A stretch of DNA of 32,000 nt from Prochlorococcus marinus subsp. pastoris str. CCMP1986 (GTDB lineage Bacteria > Cyanobacteriota > Cyanobacteriia > PCC-6307 > Cyanobiaceae), in assembly GCF_000011465.1 (NCBI RefSeq), contig NC_005072.1, positions 750,001 through 782,000 on the forward strand. Direction: 5' to 3'. The notes beneath the pieces are model-generated. The model made no database searches and had not been told where the DNA came from. It saw nothing but the letters and a program-made list of their open reading frames with translations. The position numbers and the translations under genes were made by a program. Shown one piece after another: positions 19,252-25,673 of this stretch (the stretch's first letter is position 1; each line of letters opens with the position of its first letter).

Positions 19252-19620
19252 ATGCCCACAAAGAAAAGAAGAGTTGGTTTTATCCCTAGAAGCGATGTCT
19301 TGGATCTAATAAATAAATTAAGTTTTGAAAACAATTTAAGTATTTCAAAAATAATTAATATTTTAGTAGAGGAGGCACTCTACAAAAGAGGGATATTCAA
19401 TATAAAAAATGGTAAAATTTTGAATTACGAAAACAAAATTAAATTTGATAATGAAAATCTAATAAAGATAAAGAATGATGACAAAGATATCTCTAATGAA
19501 ATTTATAATTCTGAAAATCAAAGTGATAACGTGCCGAGTCATAAATTTATTGATAAGGAAATTTATGAAAAATTTTTAATGTTCCTTCAATTTCAAGAAG
19601 AAATGAAAAAAAGGAATTAA
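19252..19620 (+). CDS. ribbon-helix-helix (CopG/Arc/MetJ-like) DNA-binding protein with low-complexity C-terminal half
   Basis: From ATG 19252: MPTKKRRVGFIPRSDVLDLINKLSFENNLSISKIINILVEEALYKRG. This is a basic N-terminus, a beta-strand (RVGFI), helix A and helix B. The rest is N/K/E-rich. Confidence 0.6.
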   Translation: MPTKKRRVGFIPRSDVLDLINKLSFENNLSISKIINILVEEALYKRGIFNIKNGKILNYENKIKFDNENLIKIKNDDKDISNEIYNSENQSDNVPSHKFIDKEIYEKFLMFLQFQEEMKKRN

Positions 19621-19736
19621 TATAAAAGTGTTGCACTGTTCAGTACAGTTAGGTACTATTTAAGGGTACATATTTTAAAATTTAAAGTCTTTGTCGAATA
19701 TTTATTTTCTGAGAATAGAAAATAAATTCAAATATT

Positions 19737-20102
19737 TTGAGGTCTTTTCCTTTTCCTTATCCATTTACTATGAATTTTTATACTCAGGAATTAAAGCTTA
19801 ACCTTTTGCCTCCAGATAAATTATATTGTGATTTTAATCATTGGAGCTCTTTGTTTACTCAAGATATGTCCATACTTTGGGAAAAGGGACATTGTGTTCC
19901 TTTAAAGAACTTACCATCCGAAGTCTCCGATATGATTTTTCCTTATTTATTATTAGCCTTATCAGACTACAAGATTTTGAACAAAAAGAATTTAAAAGGG
20001 ATTGGACTTGATAACTTATTAAACCTATGGTTTGATAAATATTCTTTGAACAAAAATGGTTATTTCCAACTTACGAGTTTAACTAGAAAAAATATAATTT
20101 AA
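19737..20102 (+). CDS. hypothetical protein
   Basis: 121-aa ORF from TTG 19737; the first ATG is at 19770 (MNFYTQELK...). No family recognised. Confidence 0.45.
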   Translation: MRSFPFPYPFTMNFYTQELKLNLLPPDKLYCDFNHWSSLFTQDMSILWEKGHCVPLKNLPSEVSDMIFPYLLLALSDYKILNKKNLKGIGLDNLLNLWFDKYSLNKNGYFQLTSLTRKNII

Positions 20103-20252
20103 ACAATAAGGTAATTAAAGATCATTTTTATAAATTTTTTCTTCAAAAGTATTCAGTATATAGATTAGATAATTTTAAAAAGTGATTGCATAATAAATAA
20201 ATTGTTAATAAAATTATCAAATGAAAAAATATTTGTAGATTTATTTATTGAA

Positions 20253-20300
20253 AGCGGACTAAATCCTCGTGGAGAAATGGACTTTAGTCCGCTCTATCTT
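20253..20300. terminator. strong hairpin between convergent genes (bidirectional terminator, or 3' end of an sRNA)
   Basis: AGCGGACTAAA (20253-20263) pairs perfectly with TTTAGTCCGCT (20283-20293) and is followed by CTATCTTTTT. The stem is unusually G+C-rich for this region. Confidence 0.5.
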
Positions 20301-20437
20301 TTTAGCAAAGGAAAATTTAAGTGGCAAGTTAAGTCTCAATTTTTATTTTAATGATATCTTTTAGCTCTGAATTTTGAATACAATTTTACCAAGTTAATTT
20401 TTTGATTTATTTAGGTTCAATATTTATAAATTATCAT

Positions 20438-20560
20438 TCATTTACTTACAAATAAAATTAGTCCACGAGTAAAGATAATTGCAACCGCGAAAAGATAAAT
20501 CCAAAACAATACCATACTTATCTTGTTCTCTAAATTACCTTTGTGATAATTGTCTTTCAT
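20438..20560 (-). CDS. candidate 40-aa single-helix membrane peptide
   Basis: Below the track threshold: MKDNYHKGNLENKISMVLFWIYLFAVAIIFTRGLILFVSK. Confidence 0.25.
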   Translation of the reverse strand: MKDNYHKGNLENKISMVLFWIYLFAVAIIFTRGLILFVSK

Positions 20561-20970
20561 TAATAATTAATAGAATATGATATTAAATATAAAAGGAATT
20601 CTAAAGTCCTATCAATAATTGTAACTTCCTGAAAAATCTCATTTGTTGGATATTGTCTAACTGATTTTTATCTAATTAAAGTTTTTAATTATTTTTTTGG
20701 AAATATTCCTCCGAATAAAACATTAATGAAAGTTTTAGTAAACGAAAGGTAAAAATTATTTTTTCTATTAATTAAATATTTAAAATTAGTGTTTATCGTT
20801 ATTATGTTATTTTTAATTTTTACGAATTTATTATCACTAGTCAAAGTTATTTTTTTCTATTATTTCTTGAATTCAATTTAATATTTCATAAAGATAATTT
20901 TCCATTCGTTATGGTTTCTTTTCATTTAAACTTGTTTTTATTAGTAAATTTTTTTTAAATTATTATTTGC

Positions 20971-21333
20971 CTATTTTTTTATATACACTTCTGGATCTGA
21001 GAAATCTACTTCAATTTGTTTTAAACGTTTTTGGTAAATAACCTCGTATTTTGAATCGAAAGGATCACGGCTTTTGTATCTATTATAATTTTGTCCTTCA
21101 TATTTTTCTAAGTTTATAAATTCTTCTACTTGCTTGATAAGATCTTTATAAATTGAAGCTCCTATAATTTGTTCTTGAGAAAGGTCTCTTGAATTTGAAT
21201 CAACATACTCAACAATTCCTTTATATGTATAAAGCCATTGTCTCCTTATCACAGGATCGAGGGCAATAACTTCTTTAACTATAAAGTTTGTACAAAGTTT
21301 CAACTTTATCTTTAAATCTTTAATATCAGTCAA
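20971..21333 (-). CDS. hypothetical protein (no Met codon anywhere; TTG start)
   Basis: 120-aa open frame with a TAA seven codons upstream of the TTG. No family recognised. Confidence 0.4.
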   Translation of the reverse strand: MTDIKDLKIKLKLCTNFIVKEVIALDPVIRRQWLYTYKGIVEYVDSNSRDLSQEQIIGASIYKDLIKQVEEFINLEKYEGQNYNRYKSRDPFDSKYEVIYQKRLKQIEVDFSDPEVYIKK

Positions 21334-21462
21334 AAAATAAGGGAAGAATGTTTAGATCATTTTAGATCAGGCTTTATATAATTACTATTTTTTTTTAGGA
21401 CTCTTATTTAATTATTCAAATTAAATTCTAGAGAAAACACAGAAAAAAATATTCTGTAAACT

Positions 21463-21708
21463 TTATTTTTGTAGCTTATAACCAAATTGAATCAATTGGT
21501 TATACGTAGATTTAATTTGTAAATGGTTTAGAGATAGACGTCTTTCTTCATTCTTTTGGACATAAAAAAAACCTTTATTGTCTAAACTTTTCTCAATTGT
21601 TACGTTTTGCTTCCCTTTATTTAGAATCCAAGGCTCTTTTTGAAAATTTTCATCTCCAAATTTGTAATCCCATGGGAAAGTTTCAGCCAATTTATTTTCT
21701 TGTGACAA
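21463..21708 (-). CDS. hypothetical protein (no Met codon anywhere; TTG start)
   Basis: 81-aa open frame, W/F/K-rich. No family recognised. Confidence 0.35.
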   Translation of the reverse strand: MSQENKLAETFPWDYKFGDENFQKEPWILNKGKQNVTIEKSLDNKGFFYVQKNEERRLSLNHLQIKSTYNQLIQFGYKLQK

Positions 21709-21995
21709 GTAAGATATTTATCGAGTAAGATTCTTTAACTTTACTCTATTTTATTGTTGTTGAACTAATTGATGGCTATATATTTACTTTTTGATTTATA
21801 AGGTCTCTCCACAAACAAGCCATTATATAAGTTAGAAGTGAGCTTGAAAATATTAAAAAAAATGATGTAGTAGTCATGTTGTTATTTGTTAAAAATACAT
21901 AGTTACACCGCTGTATAACCGATAGTTAAACAGAAGATAAATTTAAGTAAATCTCTTGGAACAGAGTTAATAATTAAACTAAGTTGAGACAATTT

Positions 21996-22190
21996 TTATG
22001 ACCTTATGGTTTTGTTTAATTCAAACTTTTCAGCTTTTTCCGTTTGACACTCAGTGTCATCTTCAGGGCATTTAATTTCTGCTTTCTTGTTCATGTGATT
22101 GTTGCAACCGCCTGCCATAACTGGTAAACCACTTGTAGCTGTGAAGCCAGTCAAACATAAGAAGGTTATGTATGGAATAATTCTTGTCAT
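21996..22190 (-). CDS. small exported Cys-containing protein, possible lipoprotein
   Basis: MTRIIPYITFLCLTGFTATSGLPVMAGG|CNNHMNKKAEIKCPEDDTECQ... has a signal peptide ending in a lipobox-like AGG-C. The mature part is about 36 aa with 3 Cys. Confidence 0.5.
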   Translation of the reverse strand: MTRIIPYITFLCLTGFTATSGLPVMAGGCNNHMNKKAEIKCPEDDTECQTEKAEKFELNKTIRS

Positions 22191-22721
22191 CTAATTGTTA
22201 CTATATGTAAACTTATTATGTTACATTTAATTCCTAACTGTGAGTAGATAGGATATTCCATTGATTTATTAATGAATTTAATTATTTGTATGTATGCTGA
22301 TAGATTTTGAAAAGACTTATTTATTTGTTTTTACTATATAAGTTCTTAATAAGCAAAAAAAAAGACTTCGATAAATAATGCCGAGCCTAAGTGATGGGGA
22401 TTTTTATTATTACAGAAATTTTTATATAGATCAACCCCCACAAATGGCGCAAGTCTTTTATGAATCACTACATGTTATCTCATTTTCTTTAAAAATTATT
22501 TTTTATTTTTTGGAAAGGCTTAGTGATGTTAATTAATTAGTTTTTTAAGCTCCTAATGTATAGTTAAATTTTATTATGCAATAGTAAATAATTATTTATT
22601 TATGGAAGTTTAATTTAATTGATTAAGCAATTAAATTTATTTATATAACTGCTACTAGGAAAGAGTTGAATTTCTAACGTCGGAAGTTAATTTATTTCTT
22701 TTTCTCTTTTTTAGAGACTTA

Positions 22722-22760
22722 ACAATATAAAAGCTTGCTTAATATCCCTATAAGCAAGCT
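22722..22760 (-). terminator. rho-independent terminator closing the hli operon
   Basis: Perfect 10-bp stem AGCTTGCTTA (22732-41) / TAAGCAAGCT (22751-60) with a 9-nt loop. On the minus strand it is followed by TTTATATTGTT. It lies 27 nt downstream of the stop of ORF 22787..23002. Confidence 0.65.
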
Positions 22761-22786
22761 CTCATGACGATTTAATTTTTAAATAT

Positions 22787-23002
22787 TTATGCTGGCAATC
22801 TACAATCAAGTTCTATTGTTCCCTCATCCATAAGGCGACCAATTTTTAAAACTAGTGCCATATCTAATCTTGAGAAATCTGATTGGTGATTTGTAATCCA
22901 ATCTAATTCAGATAAAGTTATTACTCCAGTAGTATTAACTTTGAGGAAGAGTAATCCTAAATTCATTATGCTATTAATTAGTTGCTTTTTTTCCCTTAGC
23001 AA
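22787..23002 (-). CDS. hypothetical protein, last gene of the hli operon
   Basis: 71-aa ORF from TTG; an internal ATG at 22966 gives 59 aa (MNLGLLFLKVNTTGVITLSELDWITNHQSDFSRLD...). It sits between hli genes and the terminator on the same strand. Confidence 0.4.
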   Translation of the reverse strand: MLREKKQLINSIMNLGLLFLKVNTTGVITLSELDWITNHQSDFSRLDMALVLKIGRLMDEGTIELDCRLPA

Positions 23003-23064
23003 TCATCAGTACTGGTACTAAAAGATATGCAAAGAATGAGATTAAGAAAATATCTAAATTCATT

Positions 23065-23193
23065 TTAAAAAATCCCAGGTATGATCCAGCCAAAAAGACC
23101 GTAATTAACTACTAATGCAAAAAAGCCCATCATTGCCATTCTTCCATTAGTTCTTTCTGCATTTTGCCAGTAATTAGGTTTTGAGTTTTCCAT
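23065..23193 (-). CDS. hli: high-light-inducible protein (HLIP, one-helix CAB-like), 42 aa
   Basis: Below the track threshold: MENSKPNYWQNAERTNGRMAMMGFFALVVNYGLFGWIIPGIF, with the canonical ExxNGRxAMxGF motif. Confidence 0.8.
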   Translation of the reverse strand: MENSKPNYWQNAERTNGRMAMMGFFALVVNYGLFGWIIPGIF

Positions 23194-23223
23194 TTTTTTG
23201 TTTTAGTTATTTGAAGTTTGTAT

Positions 23224-23484
23224 TTAAACGAAACCTGGAATGATTTGACCTGTAGTTAGATATGCACCAACTGCAGCTATAAGTCCGATCATTGCAAATC
23301 TACCGTTGAGAGTTTCTGCAACAACTTTTTCCTTCTCGATTGTTTTAGTTTTTGTGTTTGAGTTTGTCATTTGATTTTTGTTTGAGTAGATTAAATTTTC
23401 TTCTTGAAATTGTTTAGTTAGGGAAGCAACGAGTAAAGCAGTTAGAGATACAATTAAAATCAAAAAAACTGCTAGTGGACTCAT
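23224..23484 (-). CDS. hli: high-light-inducible protein, possibly with an extra N-terminal helix (86 aa from ATG 23484; 48 aa from ATG 23370)
   Basis: The C-terminus AETLNGRFAMIGLIAAVGAYLTTGQIIPGFV is a canonical HLIP. The in-frame upstream segment MSPLAVFLILIVSLTALLVASLTKQ begins at an ATG overlapping the previous stop (TAATG). Confidence 0.8.
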   Translation of the reverse strand: MSPLAVFLILIVSLTALLVASLTKQFQEENLIYSNKNQMTNSNTKTKTIEKEKVVAETLNGRFAMIGLIAAVGAYLTTGQIIPGFV

Positions 23485-23693
23485 TAAAAAATACCTGGAA
23501 TGATTTGACCTGTTGTTACGTATGCACCTAATAATGCTACGAAGCCAATCATTGCCCAACGACCGTTAACTTTTTCTGCGTTTTGAGGATAGCCGTCATA
23601 AGAAACTGACTCATCTATGTAAGGACGAGTTTCTGATGGAAACATGTTTTGTCTTCCGCCAGACTCAGTTGTTGTGTATGAAGAATTTGACAT
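23484..23693 (-). CDS. hli: high-light-inducible protein, 69 aa
   Basis: NAEKVNGRWAMIGFVALLGAYVTTGQIIPGIF. Its ATG overlaps the stop of the preceding hli (TAATG). Confidence 0.9.
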   Translation of the reverse strand: MSNSSYTTTESGGRQNMFPSETRPYIDESVSYDGYPQNAEKVNGRWAMIGFVALLGAYVTTGQIIPGIF

Positions 23694-23800
23694 TAGAAAA
23701 AACCAGGAATTATTTGACCAGTTGTTACGTATGCGCCAACAGCTGCTACGAAACCAAGCATTGCTGCTAAGCCGTTAAATCTTTCTGCGTCAGGTGTCAT
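23693..23800 (-). CDS. hli: minimal high-light-inducible protein, 35 aa, with Leu replacing the motif Arg
   Basis: Below the track threshold: MTPDAERFNGLAAMLGFVAAVGAYVTTGQIIPGFF. The helix is nearly identical to its neighbours, but ExxNGR is ExxNGL. Confidence 0.75.
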   Translation of the reverse strand: MTPDAERFNGLAAMLGFVAAVGAYVTTGQIIPGFF

Positions 23801-23997
23801 AATTAAAATTTGATTATGTAAACAAATATAACACAACTATTAATGAATGTAAAGATATTGGCCTCTATTAGTGCTTAAATAGTATTTTCTATACATTTTT
23901 GATACATTAATGTATAAAGTCATTAAACTTATCTATTTATTGTTAACAAGTAAGATTTTGAAAAATAATAAACAATTATTTATGAAACTTTTTAGGT

Positions 23998-24200
23998 ATG
24001 GAATATGATTTTATTAGTGGGATACTTGAATTAATCCAAAATCAAATCTTTTAGATAATGAAAGAAAAGTAAATAAAGAAAAGGCTATTGATGAAATAGT
24101 AAAAATAATTCAGGATTTTCAATACAATGATGAACTTAGTGAGAAATATAAATGGAAAAGAAATCTGATTCTATTTTTAAGCACCTTCTTTAAGTATTAA
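23998..24200 (+). pseudogene. frame-disrupted small ORF
   Basis: ATG 23998 opens MEYDFISGILELIQNQIF and hits TAG at 24052. The -1 frame is open from 24030 to TAA 24198-24200 (..LDNERKVNKEKAIDEIVKIIQDFQYNDELSEKYKWKRNLILFLSTFFKY) but has no start codon. The switch point is the T-run at 24049-24052. Confidence 0.3.
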
Positions 24201-24344
24201 CTTAAGTTGATCGCTATCTAGTTGTTCTAAATAATTTCTCATTGCAAGCCATGATCTTTCGCTTTCTATCTTTCCGCTTTGTTTAAAAAAAATTGCGGAA
24301 ACTTGATCTACTAATTCTTTATGAGTCATATACATATGCTTCAT
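24177..24344 (-). CDS. candidate 55-aa protein, third member of an overlapping cassette
   Basis: Below the track threshold: MKHMYMTHKELVDQVSAIFFKQSGKIESERSWLAMRNYLEQLDSDQLKLILKEGA. Overlaps the preceding ORF by 26 nt. Confidence 0.35.
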   Translation of the reverse strand: MKHMYMTHKELVDQVSAIFFKQSGKIESERSWLAMRNYLEQLDSDQLKLILKEGA

Positions 24345-24459
24345 CAGGTTTAATTACAAAACCATTAAAAAATTCAGCTAATAACTTTGATGGATCTTGA
24401 GCAGATATTTTCCTATCCTCTTTGGATAGTTCCTTTTTAATTAGATTTAGGTACTTCAT
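24319..24459 (-). CDS. candidate 46-aa protein, second member of an overlapping cassette
   Basis: Below the track threshold: MKYLNLIKKELSKEDRKISAQDPSKLLAEFFNGFVIKPDEAYVYDS. Its ATG overlaps the TGA of the 99-aa ORF (ATGA). Confidence 0.3.
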   Translation of the reverse strand: MKYLNLIKKELSKEDRKISAQDPSKLLAEFFNGFVIKPDEAYVYDS

Positions 24460-24755
24460 GCCGATTCAGGTAATTCTAGTTCCTCAAAAGTCCAACCTTC
24501 TAGTTGAAGATCATGCCATTTATCCCAGGCTTTTTCCAAATGCATTTGACTTGATGACTTGATTGCTGAGGGCTCACCAAGATCGTTTGCATAATATTTA
24601 TGGGCAAAAATCATGATATTATTTCTGGTTGATTTTTCATTTCTTGTAAATAAAATTAGTCTGCTGCGATCGGGGTTAAGAAGCCAACCACTTGGGGACT
24701 CATTACGATAACCATAAGAAAAATTAGACCAAACATTAGCTGCTCCAAGGTTCAT
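24456..24755 (-). CDS. hypothetical protein (possibly a marine-picocyanobacterial DUF family)
   Basis: 99-aa ORF, W-rich (GWLLNPDRSRLILF ... AWDKWHDLQLEGW). ATG start. Confidence 0.5.
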   Translation of the reverse strand: MNLGAANVWSNFSYGYRNESPSGWLLNPDRSRLILFTRNEKSTRNNIMIFAHKYYANDLGEPSAIKSSSQMHLEKAWDKWHDLQLEGWTFEELELPESA

Positions 24756-24814
24756 TGCTTAGTAATACATGTGTACTACTAATATAAGCCAATGGTAATT
24801 AAATCGTCAAGTAT

Positions 24815-25090
24815 TTAATTATTAACTTTGAGTTTTTCTCTTAATTCTGGAAAGCTATTTGCAATATGGATTAACTCATAAACCTCTTCACTATCATATT
24901 TTTTATCCGGAACTCCACTTCCTACTTCTATTCCTTTATCTTTCATTTTCTTTAGGATCAGTTCTTGTCTTTCTTGCCTTGTCATCGATTTATATTTTTT
25001 TCTTATTTCTTCTTTATCCATAATAATTAAAGCTAATGCAATTGTTCCAATACTAAAAATTAAGCTCCATCCCTTCGAGTTTATAGGCAA
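24815..25090 (-). CDS. hypothetical protein with N-terminal membrane helix
   Basis: 91-aa ORF from TTG with WSLIFSIGTIALALIIM followed by a charged helical tail. Confidence 0.4.
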   Translation of the reverse strand: MPINSKGWSLIFSIGTIALALIIMDKEEIRKKYKSMTRQERQELILKKMKDKGIEVGSGVPDKKYDSEEVYELIHIANSFPELREKLKVNN

Positions 25091-25503
25091 TTTATATATA
25101 ATTTCTATTTGATTATCTTATTAAATAGTGATTGTAATAAAACATAAAAATATTTAATTTATAGTATTAAAAATTTAATTACCATAGGTAATACCTATCT
25201 CCTCATTTCTTCTTAATTCGGCTTATGTCCTCCCTAGCCCACTACTATCGCTATCACTAAATTCTATATATTAATTTTTAAATACAGTTCCAGGTATGGG
25301 TTTATCGTACTAAAGTATAAATACTGGGTCTCTATGTATAAAAAATCATACAAGAAGACATTAATCTATAGTAAAAGCATTACGCAAAGATATATCAGCT
25401 AAAACAAGAAAACTTTATAAATTAGCACCGAAGAAGATATAGATCAGTAGCTGTATTGTTAGGTCACTCAAAGTAGTCAACCCTTCTCCTCGTTTAGTTG
25501 AGT

Positions 25504-25611
25504 TTAAAAATAAGGAGTATATGGAACTTCAGAATTTAGTGAGTCACCATAATAGCTTTCTGCTGACTTCTCTAATAACCAGTACAAGAAATTAACAAAT
25601 GGTTTCTGCAT
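25504..25611 (-). CDS. micro-ORF A (35 aa), paralogue of micro-ORF B
   Basis: MQKPFVNFLYWLLEKSAESYYGDSLNSEVPYTPYF. It shares a 21-residue core with ORF B and has many synonymous codon differences (see findings). Confidence 0.45.
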   Translation of the reverse strand: MQKPFVNFLYWLLEKSAESYYGDSLNSEVPYTPYF

Positions 25612-25673
25612 AAGAATCTCTATTTCTATAGTCATTCAAATTCATATCTCTAATTTAAAGGACGTAAAAATAC

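Noticed and set aside
21996-22190. Double-glycine (GG) leader suggesting a prochlorosin/lanthipeptide-type precursor
   Set aside because: The N-terminus is a hydrophobic Sec-type or lipoprotein signal, not an amphipathic GG leader. No LanM-like enzyme or peptidase-domain ABC exporter is nearby.
23224-23559. 111-aa version of the third hli ORF given in the track
   Set aside because: Its first 25 codons overlap the C-terminal helix-coding part of the preceding hli gene in another frame. The ATG at 23484 (TAATG coupling) or at 23370 is a far more sensible start.
23816-23855. HLR1-like TTACA half-sites upstream of the hli operon (minus strand GTTTACATA and TTTACATT)
   Set aside because: The described HLR1 element has two such repeats separated by 2 nt. 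Here they are more than 20 nt apart, and the motif is trivial in AT-rich DNA.
23902-23915. Perfect 14-bp palindrome ATACATTAATGTAT upstream of the hli operon
   Set aside because: With this base composition I estimate several perfect 14-bp palindromes per 32 kb by chance, and there is no second copy or other supporting context.
25478-25498. Stretch resembling the tRNA-Met 3' end (TCAACCCTTCTCCTCG versus TCAAATCTTCTCCCCG), a possible att remnant
   Set aside because: Only about 13/21 positions match, and it is in the opposite orientation to the tRNA. An attL/attR pair must be a direct repeat.
25512-25596. Plus-strand 24-codon ORF preceded by a perfect AAGGAG Shine-Dalgarno-like sequence
   Set aside because: It is the antisense of micro-ORF A. 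The pattern of substitutions between the two repeat units is synonymous in the minus-strand frame, not this one.
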